DNA of 64,000 bases, from positions 6,107-70,106 of the forward strand of contig JAVBOT010000004.1 in the NCBI GenBank assembly GCA_031550225.1, read 5' to 3'. Below, piece after piece: positions 17,627 through 27,205 of this stretch. This DNA comes from Desulfovibrio sp. (GTDB taxonomy: Bacteria > Desulfobacterota > Desulfovibrionia > Desulfovibrionales > Desulfovibrionaceae). The first letter of the stretch is position 1; every line of letters starts with the position of its first letter. The translations under genes and the position numbers were made by a program. The notes under the pieces were generated by a model. The model saw only the letters and a program-made list of their open reading frames with translations. It had not been told where the DNA came from and made no database searches.

Positions 17627-19549
17627 ATGAACGCACAAGCGCAAATTCTTTTTCTGCTTGCCCAAACCGATCCGGAATCGTTACGCGAGGGCGCGCAACT
17701 TGCCGGTGAAGCCCGTATGGAAGAGGCTGTTCCCGCTCTTGTCCGGAACATGGCTGTGCCCCATATCGGCGTACAGGAGGCAGTGGATCATGCCTTACGT
17801 AGGATCGGCGGCGCCTCTGTGGTGCATGCGGTCATTCCCATGCTGCGTTCGGAAAATGTGCCTGTACGCAATCTGGCTATGGATTTGCTGCGTGAGCTTG
17901 GTAAGAGCGATATCGCTTCGTTGCGGGAGCTTTTGCAGGATAATGATGCGGATATACGCATTTTCGCGGCGGATATTTTGGGCTCCCTGCAGGATGTGCA
18001 GGCCGTGGCCCCGCTGTGCGCCGCGCTTTTGCATGACCCGGAAGTCAATGTACGCTACCAGGCGGCCGTAAGTTTGGGCACGTTGGCTTTTTCGGAGGCG
18101 GCGCGTTGTTTGAACAGCGCTTTGGGCGATGAGGAGTGGGTTCAGTTCTCGGCTATTGAAGCGTTAACGAAACTTAAGGACAGCTCTTCGACCTCAGCCA
18201 TGCTTAAGGCCTTGGATCAGGCATCGGATCTGGTGGCTTCGACCATTGTGGACGCCCTTGGGGAAATGGGAGATCTCAAAGCTGTGCCGCTGCTGCTGCG
18301 GCGGCTGGACTCCTCGCCCACTCCCCTGGGCAATAAAATTGTGAAGGCTGTGCTGAACATTATGGGCCCGCGCTCCATAAGCCTTTTGGGGCGTAAAGAC
18401 TGCGAGCGCTTGCGCGGCTATCTGCCTTCGGCGCTGGAGGATGAGGATCCGGATGTGCAGGACGCGGCGGTAAAAGGCTTTGCGGCCCTGGGAGGGCAGG
18501 AGGCGACTCTGCATATCCTGCGGCACGCGGCGAAGCTGCGCTCGGAAGAGGACGCGGAACGCATTGCGATGGCGGTCGAGGCGTTGATCCAAATCGGCCA
18601 TACCCCGGAGCTCGATAAAGCCCTCCGGGAAGGTGATGACCAGACTGCGCAAATTGCGCTGGAGGCTTTAATCCATGCGGATGGAGCTGCCGCGGTGCCG
18701 TTGCTTATGGAAATATTTTGGACGCGTTCGCGTGATATGCAGCGGATTATCATTATGGAGCTCGCCGGGAGGGCGGGAAGCGAGCACGAGGATTTTTTTC
18801 TGAACCTGCTTGCGCAACATAATGATGGCACGGTTTTGCGCGGAGCTTTGCTGTTCCTCGGGCGTAAAGGCGATCCGGAACGGGTTTTTGTCCCCATCAC
18901 GCGGCTTTTGGAGCATCCTTATAATGACGTGAAGGATGCGGCCCTCGAAGCGCTGATTGCGATGCATACGCCGCGCGTGCAGGAATATTTCAAAAGCCTG
19001 CTGCACGACGAGGATATGGTGTGCAGGATGATGGGCGCATACGGTCTGGGCTTTTTCAGCATTGCTGATACGTTTGATGATTTGAGCCTCGCGCTGGAAG
19101 ACGAATCGGCCGAAGTGCGCAAGGTGGCGGTGCAATCTTTCGGGCGCAGTTGTCCCTTGACGGAGGACTGCCTGGCTCGTGTTGAGCGCAAGCTTAACGA
19201 TGAGAGCAGCGAAGTGCGCATGGCCGTTTTTGACGCCATAGGGCTATGCTCTGACGAACGGTACGTCAACAGTCTGTTGATGGGGTTATCGGATCCGGAT
19301 CCCTGGGTGCGTATCCGCTGTGCCGAGCGGTTGGGCGAAAATAAGATCACCCGCGCGATGGAACCCCTGGTGGGCATGCTGGAAGATGAAAATCCCCTTA
19401 TTGTGATCAAGGTCGTTGGGGTGCTTGGCATGATCGGCGGGGAAGCCGCCTTTAGGGCGTTGCTCCCCTTGCTGGATCATGCGGACAAAGACCTGAGAGA
19501 GGCGGCGGAAGAGGCGGTTAACGCCATTCACAGGCAGGCAGGAGAATAA
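17627..19549 (+). CDS. HEAT/PBS-lyase repeat protein
   Basis: Many L..LL.D.D..VR..AA..LG repeats. Confidence 0.9.
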   Translation: MNAQAQILFLLAQTDPESLREGAQLAGEARMEEAVPALVRNMAVPHIGVQEAVDHALRRIGGASVVHAVIPMLRSENVPVRNLAMDLLRELGKSDIASLRELLQDNDADIRIFAADILGSLQDVQAVAPLCAALLHDPEVNVRYQAAVSLGTLAFSEAARCLNSALGDEEWVQFSAIEALTKLKDSSSTSAMLKALDQASDLVASTIVDALGEMGDLKAVPLLLRRLDSSPTPLGNKIVKAVLNIMGPRSISLLGRKDCERLRGYLPSALEDEDPDVQDAAVKGFAALGGQEATLHILRHAAKLRSEEDAERIAMAVEALIQIGHTPELDKALREGDDQTAQIALEALIHADGAAAVPLLMEIFWTRSRDMQRIIIMELAGRAGSEHEDFFLNLLAQHNDGTVLRGALLFLGRKGDPERVFVPITRLLEHPYNDVKDAALEALIAMHTPRVQEYFKSLLHDEDMVCRMMGAYGLGFFSIADTFDDLSLALEDESAEVRKVAVQSFGRSCPLTEDCLARVERKLNDESSEVRMAVFDAIGLCSDERYVNSLLMGLSDPDPWVRIRCAERLGENKITRAMEPLVGMLEDENPLIVIKVVGVLGMIGGEAAFRALLPLLDHADKDLREAAEEAVNAIHRQAGE

Positions 19550-19551
19550 GT

Positions 19552-20445
19552 ATGGCTCTCTTTTCTTCCTCTTCCGGCACGGGAGAACCTTCCGGCATGA
19601 GCCGTAGTCTGAAAATCAGCAATGAGGAATTCATTCAACTACGAGATTTTATTTATGCGCAAGCGGGCATCTATATCGCGGAAACACGGAAATATCTGGT
19701 GGAAAACCGCCTGAGCAACCGGCTTAAGGAGTTGAACCTTAAAAACTTCGGCGAGTACTACTATTACTTGCGTTTTGACCCCAAGCGCCGGGAAGAGCTG
19801 CCAAGACTGTTTGAGGTAATTACCACCAATGAAACCAGTTTTTACCGTAACCCGCCGCAGCTTGAGGTGTTTCAGGAAAAGGTGCTTAAGGTGGAGCTTG
19901 AGAAGTTGCGCGCGGCTCGGACAAAAAAATTGCGCATCTGGTCGGCGGGCTGTTCCACAGGCGAAGAACCCTACACCATTGCCATGATTTTGCACGAAGT
20001 TCTCAAAACGGAGATCGCGTCCTGGGATATAAAGATAACGGCCAATGACCTTTCCGCGGCCGTGCTGGCCTCGGCCCGCCGGGGAGTTTACAGCGAATAT
20101 TCCCTGCGCACCACGCCGGCAGCGCTCATTGCCCGTTATTTCAAAAAAGAAGGCAGCAACTATCATATCGATCCCAAGCTCAAGCAACTGGTGTCTTTTG
20201 GGGAAACCAACCTGAGCGACAAAGCCATGTTGCGGCGGGTGGAGCGTTCACACATGATATTTTGCCGCAATGTGATTATCTATTTTGATGATGAAATGAA
20301 GCGCCAGGTCATCGGATCTTTTTATGATAATCTTTTGCCCGGAGGATGTATGCTCATCGGGCATTCGGAATCGCTGCACAATATTTCGCGCGCGTTTAAA
20401 CCGGAGCATCATGTGGGCACTATTGTCTACCGCAAGGAGAAATAG
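19552..20445 (+). CDS. cheR: Chemotaxis methyltransferase CheR
   Basis: TTNETSFYR, IWSAGCSTGEEPY, IFCRNVIIYF and GHSES motifs. Confidence 0.97.
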   Translation: MALFSSSSGTGEPSGMSRSLKISNEEFIQLRDFIYAQAGIYIAETRKYLVENRLSNRLKELNLKNFGEYYYYLRFDPKRREELPRLFEVITTNETSFYRNPPQLEVFQEKVLKVELEKLRAARTKKLRIWSAGCSTGEEPYTIAMILHEVLKTEIASWDIKITANDLSAAVLASARRGVYSEYSLRTTPAALIARYFKKEGSNYHIDPKLKQLVSFGETNLSDKAMLRRVERSHMIFCRNVIIYFDDEMKRQVIGSFYDNLLPGGCMLIGHSESLHNISRAFKPEHHVGTIVYRKEK

Positions 20446-20495
20446 TTCCCGCGGCGGGAAGAAAGCTCCCGCGCAAAAGGCAAGGAGCGTAAAGC

Positions 20496-21305
20496 ATGAG
20501 TGAGGTTTTATCTCCTTCCGGGATGGGAGCGGCGCGCGCGCGCGTGATAGCCGTGGCCAATCAAAAAGGAGGAGTGGGCAAAACCACCACAGCGGTGACG
20601 CTGTCGGCGGCTCTTGCCAGGCAGGGCAAGCGGGTGCTTTTAATAGATTTAGACCCCCACGCCTGCGCCTCTGTGCATTTGCGCTATTATCCGGAAACCG
20701 TAACCGCCTCTGTGCATGATCTTTTCGCGGAGGCGCCGGGAGAGTCCGAAGCGTTGTGGAACAATATTCGCAAGAGGAATCCGGAACAGGGTTTTGACGT
20801 GGTGCCGGCTGCCATCCGTTTGTCGGAGCTGGAAGTGGACTTACGCAGCCGCCCGGGTAAGGGGGCTATTTTACAAAAAAGCCTTGAGCAAGTGCGGAAA
20901 GACTATGACTTCATTTTTTTGGACTGCCCGCCGCATGTGGGAATTTTGTTGGTGAATGCGCTTGTTGCCGCGGATTTGCTGATTATCCCCATTCAGACGG
21001 ATTTTCTCGCGTTGCATGGGTTGAAATTGCTTTTTGACACCATAAAGGTGCTGAACAAAGTATTGCCGAAGCCTATCCGCTACAGAGTGCTGCCCACGCT
21101 TTACGATCGGCGGGCCCGCGCGTGCGCCAGGGTTTTAGAACTTTTATCCTTAAAGATGAAGGATCATTTGTTCGCAACAGTTATTGGTATGGACACCCGG
21201 TTTCGGGACGCCAGCGCTCAGGGGAGGGTTATTTACGATATAGCCCCGCATACCCGTGGCGCGCGGGAGTATGACGCCTTAGCCCAAGAGATACTGGCCC
21301 TATGA
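20496..21305 (+). CDS. ParA/Soj-family ATPase (chemotaxis-associated)
   Basis: Deviant Walker A NQKGGVGKTT, plus IDLDP and DCPP. Confidence 0.93.
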   Translation: MSEVLSPSGMGAARARVIAVANQKGGVGKTTTAVTLSAALARQGKRVLLIDLDPHACASVHLRYYPETVTASVHDLFAEAPGESEALWNNIRKRNPEQGFDVVPAAIRLSELEVDLRSRPGKGAILQKSLEQVRKDYDFIFLDCPPHVGILLVNALVAADLLIIPIQTDFLALHGLKLLFDTIKVLNKVLPKPIRYRVLPTLYDRRARACARVLELLSLKMKDHLFATVIGMDTRFRDASAQGRVIYDIAPHTRGAREYDALAQEILAL

Positions 21306-21967
21306 AAAAGAGTCCGGAAGACTATTTTGCGGAACAGAATTTTTCCGTACGAGGCGGCGAAGGGGAAAACTTCACGCCGGCGGAGCGGGCTTTTTTGGAT
21401 AAATATATGGGTATGGAAAGCGCCCATGTATTGGAACAAATCGGATTAGGAGCATCGGAACTTTCGGGGCCGCCGACGCCGGATCAGCATCTTGCCATGG
21501 CGGTGGAAGAGGATTTGAACGATATCCTGAAAAGGGAACCCGAAATACAGATGGTGGCTTTTTTCATCGGCGGGCAGGAATTCACCATCCCCACAGTGGC
21601 TGTGCAGGAAGTGATTCGCTTTATCCCCCCGGCGAAACTGCCGGCCGCCCCGCCTCTTGTGGCCGGGGTTGTTAATTTACGCGGCCGGGTAACGCCCCTG
21701 CTGCTGTTGCGCGATATCCTCGGCGTGCGCTCAGCGCGCGAGACAGAGGACAGATTCATTATCGTGTGCAGGCGGCGCGATTTGCAGGTAGGGCTTTTGA
21801 TTGAGCGGGTGCATACCATGTATCGGGTATCGCAGTCGGAAATTGAATGGAATGTGGAAATGCAAATAGGCAGCAATGCCGAATACGTTGCCGGGCTGCT
21901 GAAGGTGGGTGAGCGCCTTGTAAGCGTCATTTCCGTAGATCGCATGATCGCCGGTATTCTCAAGTGA
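21302..21967 (+). CDS. cheW: CheW adaptor with N-terminal extension
   Basis: VQEVIR...LPAAP..VAGVVNLRGRV.P and VGLLIERV. Confidence 0.92.
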   Translation: MKKSPEDYFAEQNFSVRGGEGENFTPAERAFLDKYMGMESAHVLEQIGLGASELSGPPTPDQHLAMAVEEDLNDILKREPEIQMVAFFIGGQEFTIPTVAVQEVIRFIPPAKLPAAPPLVAGVVNLRGRVTPLLLLRDILGVRSARETEDRFIIVCRRRDLQVGLLIERVHTMYRVSQSEIEWNVEMQIGSNAEYVAGLLKVGERLVSVISVDRMIAGILK

Positions 21968-21980
21968 TGGAGTTCTGGTT

Positions 21981-22349
21981 ATGTCAAAGCACATTCTTAT
22001 AGTGGACGATTCAAAGACGATCCGTAACCTTGTGTCCTTTATCATGAAAAAAGAAGGATTCAAGATCACCATGGCTGAGGATGGCCTGGACGGGCTGGAA
22101 AAGCTGTATTCAGCCGGGCATGTGGATCTGATCATTTCAGATATCAACATGCCGCGCATGGACGGCTTCACCTTCATCAAAACCGTGCGCGAGCAGGAAG
22201 CTTACCGGGATGTGCCGATCATCGTGCTTTCCACCGAAGGGCGCGAGGACGATATTAAGCAGGGCCTACAGCTTGGGGCCAACCTGTATATGGTGAAGCC
22301 CGCGCAGCCGGACAAGATGGTTAAAAATGTAAGAATGCTGCTTGGATAG
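21981..22349 (+). CDS. cheY: CheY-like response regulator
   Basis: Single REC domain with VDDS, SDINMP and KP motifs. Confidence 0.92.
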   Translation: MSKHILIVDDSKTIRNLVSFIMKKEGFKITMAEDGLDGLEKLYSAGHVDLIISDINMPRMDGFTFIKTVREQEAYRDVPIIVLSTEGREDDIKQGLQLGANLYMVKPAQPDKMVKNVRMLLG

Positions 22350-22614
22350 CGTGTGGGCAGGATTTGCACGCTACCATAAGGAATATGGGTGCGGGCGGAA
22401 GGCTTTGAGTTCTGCCGATATCGGCCTGGAAAGCTTCCATTGGGGGAACCCGCATCCATGCCAAGGCCAATGGCGAGTCTCGCGCTCCCCATGGGGGTGT
22501 TTCGCCAGGGTGACGGCGCTATAGCGCCGTATTATGACAAGCGATGTCCGGCGGCTTTGCCGCCGGGCATCGCCCCGCGCAGGGGCGAAACAAGGACTGA
22601 AAAAGGAATGTCGT

Positions 22615-25575
22615 ATGAGCCAGGAATTTATGGATCCGGAACTTTTTGCGGACTTTATCATCGAGGCGAAAGAGCATCTCGAAACCATAGAGCCCAATCT
22701 TCTGGAACTGGAAAAAACGCCGGATAATCTTTCGCTTTTGAATGAAATATTCCGGCCCATGCATTCCTTAAAGGGTGCTTCCGGCTTTCTTGGTTTGAAT
22801 AAAATGAACGCCCTTGCGCATAAGGCGGAAAATATTCTTGATGAGCTGCGCAAAGGCGCCATGGCTGTCAACTCGGAAATCATGGATATCATCCTTGCCT
22901 CCACAGACGCGCTGCGTCAAATGATTGACAATCTGGAAGCCAGCAATAGCGAAGGCAACGTCGACACCTCGCATCTTATAGCCACACTGGATGGCCTCAT
23001 GGCGGGAGAACTGCCCCCCGCGCGCGCCAAAACTCCGGATGCCCCGGGGCAGGGAGCTGCCCCGGTTTCCGCGAATCAGCCTGACTCGGCGCAAGTTCGT
23101 GGAGATATAAGTGAGCAGGAGCCGGTAATGGCGCCTTCTTCGGAAGACACAAACGCTCCAGCGCCTTTTGCCGAAAAAGGCGGACAGCGGCAGGACGGAG
23201 ATGTTTCGGAATGGCTCGCTTCGCGCGATAAACTCCCCTCATACGCCTTGACGGCTTTTGGCGAGGGGCACTTGCGCGATTTTATCGAAGAAGCTAGGGA
23301 TAATATTTCCAATCTTTCCAGTGGATTATTGGACTTAGAAAGGCATCCGGAAGAGCAGGCTACGCTGGTGAACGATCTTTTCCGGTATTTTCACAACCTT
23401 AAAGGCAACAGCGGCATTATAGCCTTTCATGAATTGAACAGCCTGACGCATGAGGCGGAAACGCTGCTTAACTCCGTGCGCAAAGATGAATATACGGTTT
23501 CCCCGGCGTTGGTGGATTTGCTGCTCTTGGTGGTGGACACTCTGGAAGCGCTTATTTTCAGCATTGATCCGTCTTCGGGCTCCGTTACTCCGCTGGATGT
23601 TTCAGAACTGCTCGGCAAATTGCGCCAGGCTGTGGCCGGAGGTGAAATTTCCCTGCCCGAGAGTTTGTTGGCCGCGGGCGCCATGACGCAAGGAGTTGAA
23701 GACACGCCGGCGCTCGAGGGAGCTTTTCAGGTTGAGCCCGGATCTGGAGAACCCGAGCCCGCGCGGAGCGCCGCTGATCCGCAAGGGGAAAACGGCGGTG
23801 GCGCTGATTCCGAAGACTTGCTGGTCTTTAAAACCACGGTGAGCCAGCAGTTTGAGCATGTCAAAGACGCCCTTGCGGGCATGCGGGCGGACGGCGATAA
23901 CCGGGAGTACGCGGACGGCATGTTCCGTTCCCTTTCCACTATTCAAAACAGTTGCAGCTTCATGGGCCTTGAGGAAATCAAGGTGTACGCCCAGCGGACA
24001 GCGGGCATAGTGGATCAGGGGCGTTCCAGCGGCCTGGATTTTAGCATTATGGCGGATCTTCTGGAGCAGGAGTGCGCCATCATCCGGGATATGATCATTG
24101 CGGCCGTTGGGCCGCTTCCCATCGGCCCAAGTGTGGCCGAGCCCGCCGAAGAAGGCAAAACGCCTCCTCCTGCGCTTGAAGAGCAAAAGGTTGATGTTGC
24201 GGCCGCAAAGAACATCCAGCCCGAGATCGCTCCGGAAGTGAAGGCGGAAGAAAAAACAAAGACGGTTGCTCAGAGCGCTCCGGCGGCAAAAGCGCCTTTG
24301 CAGGCTCCTCCGGCCGCCAAGGCCTCGGCCAAGGCAGCGGCGGCGCAGACGACGCAGGCGGACAACTCCTCCAAATCCTCCTCCACCATCCGCGTGGATC
24401 ATGAAAAACTGGATCATCTCATGAACTTGATTGGGGAGTTGATCATCAACCGCAACCGGTACGCCATGATCGCCCGCCAGCTTGAGGGAAGCGCCAATGT
24501 GGATGTGGGGCTTATCGCGCAAAATCTTACGGAAACCACGTACTCCATGGCCCGCATTTCCGATGATCTGCAAGACACCATCATGAAAGTGCGCATGGTG
24601 CCCGTGGCCTCGGTATTTTCCCGCTTCCCCCGGCTGGTGCGCGATTTGTCGCGTAAAAGCGGCAAAGAAGTGGAGCTGATTATGGAAGGGGAGGACACGG
24701 AGCTGGATAAAAGCGTGGTGGAAGTGATCGGGGACCCTTTGGTGCATCTTATCCGCAACTCTGTGGACCATGGCGTGGAGCCGGAGGAAATACGGGTCCA
24801 GAACGGCAAGCCCCCTAAGGGCAGCGTATGGTTGCGCGCTTTTTATAAGGGCAATTCCGTGGCCATTGAAATTGAGGATGACGGCAAGGGCATTGATCCG
24901 GAGAAGATGCGCGAGGTGGCCATTCGTAAAGGGATCATCACCCATGAGGAGGCAAAGCTTCTTGACGATCGCGAGGCCATGGAGCTGATTTTTGCTCCGG
25001 GCTTTTCTTCGGCGGAGGTTATTACCGACATCTCGGGCCGGGGTGTCGGCATGGATGTGGTGCGCACGAATATAAAAAATTTGAAAGGCAGCATCAACAT
25101 AACTTCCGAAGTGGGCAAGGGAACAAAATTCACCTTGTCCCTGCCCCTGACCCTGGCCATTATTGATGCGCTCATGGTGAATGTGGACGGACAGATGTAC
25201 GCCATCCCTTTGGACGCGGTTTCGGAAACGACAAAAATAGAAGCGAACCGCCTTACCGACGTCAAGGGTCGCAAAGCGGTGACGTTGCGCGGAGAAGTTT
25301 TGGGCATCGCCAGCTTAAGCGAATTGTTGGGCCTGACCTGCCATATGCACGAGCAGGAAGTGCTGGCTGTTGTGGTGATTCAGGATAACGACCGCCGCCT
25401 TGGTTTGGTGGTGGATTGCCTGCTGGAGCGGCAGGAAATCGTCATCAAGCCCCTTGGGGCGTATCTTGGCGACGTAAGGGGTATTTCAGGCGCAACTATT
25501 ATGGGGGACGGCAGCGTGATTTTGATTCTTGACCCGCACGAGTTATACACCCTCGCCACCTCCAAAGCGGCATAG
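22615..25575 (+). CDS. cheA: Chemotaxis histidine kinase CheA with multiple Hpt domains
   Basis: HSLKG and HNLKG Hpt motifs, TIRVD dimerisation region, HLIRNSVDHG, DDGKGID, SGRGVGMDVV and a C-terminal CheW domain. Start at MSQEF after AAGGA. Confidence 0.97.
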   Translation: MSQEFMDPELFADFIIEAKEHLETIEPNLLELEKTPDNLSLLNEIFRPMHSLKGASGFLGLNKMNALAHKAENILDELRKGAMAVNSEIMDIILASTDALRQMIDNLEASNSEGNVDTSHLIATLDGLMAGELPPARAKTPDAPGQGAAPVSANQPDSAQVRGDISEQEPVMAPSSEDTNAPAPFAEKGGQRQDGDVSEWLASRDKLPSYALTAFGEGHLRDFIEEARDNISNLSSGLLDLERHPEEQATLVNDLFRYFHNLKGNSGIIAFHELNSLTHEAETLLNSVRKDEYTVSPALVDLLLLVVDTLEALIFSIDPSSGSVTPLDVSELLGKLRQAVAGGEISLPESLLAAGAMTQGVEDTPALEGAFQVEPGSGEPEPARSAADPQGENGGGADSEDLLVFKTTVSQQFEHVKDALAGMRADGDNREYADGMFRSLSTIQNSCSFMGLEEIKVYAQRTAGIVDQGRSSGLDFSIMADLLEQECAIIRDMIIAAVGPLPIGPSVAEPAEEGKTPPPALEEQKVDVAAAKNIQPEIAPEVKAEEKTKTVAQSAPAAKAPLQAPPAAKASAKAAAAQTTQADNSSKSSSTIRVDHEKLDHLMNLIGELIINRNRYAMIARQLEGSANVDVGLIAQNLTETTYSMARISDDLQDTIMKVRMVPVASVFSRFPRLVRDLSRKSGKEVELIMEGEDTELDKSVVEVIGDPLVHLIRNSVDHGVEPEEIRVQNGKPPKGSVWLRAFYKGNSVAIEIEDDGKGIDPEKMREVAIRKGIITHEEAKLLDDREAMELIFAPGFSSAEVITDISGRGVGMDVVRTNIKNLKGSINITSEVGKGTKFTLSLPLTLAIIDALMVNVDGQMYAIPLDAVSETTKIEANRLTDVKGRKAVTLRGEVLGIASLSELLGLTCHMHEQEVLAVVVIQDNDRRLGLVVDCLLERQEIVIKPLGAYLGDVRGISGATIMGDGSVILILDPHELYTLATSKAA

Positions 25576-25662
25576 CGCGCGTTGAGGTAGGGCACAAAGA
25601 CGGCACTGCGGTTTCGCGTTTCGGCATTCGCGGGCGCACAGGGCAACGCCGGAGCGGACGCC

Positions 25663-26613
25663 TTACTGGTTTTCGTACGCCTTGCGGATATCCGCCTGCA
25701 CAGCCGGGAAACGCCGCCGCGCTTCTTCAATGGAGGTGTGGTAAAAAAGCACCATCAGGGCATTGGTTTGCGTATCCTTGCCGACCCCAACCCCTTGATC
25801 CGGGCCGATATTACGCAGTGAAAACAGGATGCTTCTGTCTCCGCTGCATAAGAGCAGCCCCCGGATGCGGCCTTTTTCCGTAGGCGGGGCATCGACATCG
25901 CTTTTACAAATAAATTCGCTCCCCCCCGGCACGGCTTCTTTCTTTTTTTTGATTTTGGCGTTGCTCGCCTGGGATAGGGCCGGTTTAGGGGCGGCGTCTT
26001 TTTCTTGAGTGGGATATGCAGGTAACCGTAAGATTTTGTTGCCGTTTGCGCTACGCCGGGCGTCCGCAAGGAGGCCCGGGCTGTTCGCGGGAGGCATTTG
26101 CGGAGTTTGGGACCGGGCAATTTCCTGCCCGGGCGCCGCGGCTTGCGGCTCATTCGTGCTGGGGCCGGCCTGAAGCGGATAGGAATTCAATGTCAAAGGC
26201 GGCGGAGGGGACGGGCGCTTTGCCTGTGGGGTTTCTTTTGTTTGTTCTTCTTCCGATGGAGCCTCCACGGGCAAAATATCCACAGCGAGATCTCCTTGCC
26301 GGGTGGGGCTGACGGCGCGCAGGCCGATGCGGCCATAGCCGGTCATGCAACCGCGATCCATGTACCCTTCAAGGCGCATGCCGGCATATTCCCCGATAAT
26401 GGCCAGGGGAGGGCCTTCCATGGCCAGAGCTGTGGCAGGAGGAACAAAGGGTTGCTCGCGTCCGGCGCAGGCGCTGAGCAGGAGCAGGCAGGCCGCGGCG
26501 GGCGGCAGGAGGCAGCGCGCCAGCGGGGCAAATTTGGGGGTGCGATGAAGATGGACGTCATCTTGGCAAGCAGGCGCGGCCTGCCTGCCTCGGAGGACTT
26601 GCACAAGCTTCAT
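25663..26613 (-). CDS. Putative lipoprotein, hypothetical, with Pro-rich linker
   Basis: Lipobox LLSAC; start overlaps the purE stop (ATGA coupling). Confidence 0.7.
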   Translation of the reverse strand: MKLVQVLRGRQAAPACQDDVHLHRTPKFAPLARCLLPPAAACLLLLSACAGREQPFVPPATALAMEGPPLAIIGEYAGMRLEGYMDRGCMTGYGRIGLRAVSPTRQGDLAVDILPVEAPSEEEQTKETPQAKRPSPPPPLTLNSYPLQAGPSTNEPQAAAPGQEIARSQTPQMPPANSPGLLADARRSANGNKILRLPAYPTQEKDAAPKPALSQASNAKIKKKKEAVPGGSEFICKSDVDAPPTEKGRIRGLLLCSGDRSILFSLRNIGPDQGVGVGKDTQTNALMVLFYHTSIEEARRRFPAVQADIRKAYENQ

Positions 26614-27104
26614 GCGTTTTGCTCCAGGCGAACGGCGGCGTTTTCCACATCCTGAATCATGGCGGCCCGCGCTTTTTGGATACGCAGGGCAAGTTCCGGT
26701 TTGGAAAGGGCCAGAATCTGGGCCGCCAACCAGGCCGCGTTGCGGGCGCCGGCTTTATCCAGCGCCACTGTGCCCACAGGAAAGCCCGGAGGCATCATGA
26801 CGGTGGAGAGCAAAGCATCCATGCCGCCAAGGCTTGAAGCGGTAATAGGGATGCCGATAACGGGCTTTATGGTGCGCGCGGCCACGGCTCCGGCCAGATG
26901 CGCGGCCATGCCGGCGGCGCAAATAAAGATCTGGCAGCCTTGTTTTTCCCATTCTTCCATCAGAGTTTCGGTGCGCTCGGGCGTTCTGTGGGCCGAGCTT
27001 ACGGTCATGCGGTAGGAAATCCCGAGAGATTCAAGCACTTCAGCGCAAGGGCGCACGCTTTGCTCATCTGAAATACTGCCCATAAAAATGCCGACCAAGC
27101 TCAT
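26610..27104 (-). CDS. purE: N5-CAIR mutase
   Basis: MGSISD, SAHRTP, AGMAAHLAG, GMDALLSTV.MPPG.PVGTV and NAA.LA motifs. Confidence 0.97.
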   Translation of the reverse strand: MSLVGIFMGSISDEQSVRPCAEVLESLGISYRMTVSSAHRTPERTETLMEEWEKQGCQIFICAAGMAAHLAGAVAARTIKPVIGIPITASSLGGMDALLSTVMMPPGFPVGTVALDKAGARNAAWLAAQILALSKPELALRIQKARAAMIQDVENAAVRLEQNA

Positions 27105-27205
27105 AGAAGCATCCTTTGGTTAAACCTTGCGGTGTAGAGGAGCGAAGGAAAAAGCCGGAGTGGAATCTTACGGAAAATCCGTGGCGTTGTCTTTGCCCTG
27201 TCCGT

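Noticed and set aside
22414-22425. sigma28 promoter (GCCGATAT) before cheA
   Set aside because: No TAAA/TCAAG -35 element at the correct spacing on either strand; the sequence is part of a palindrome.
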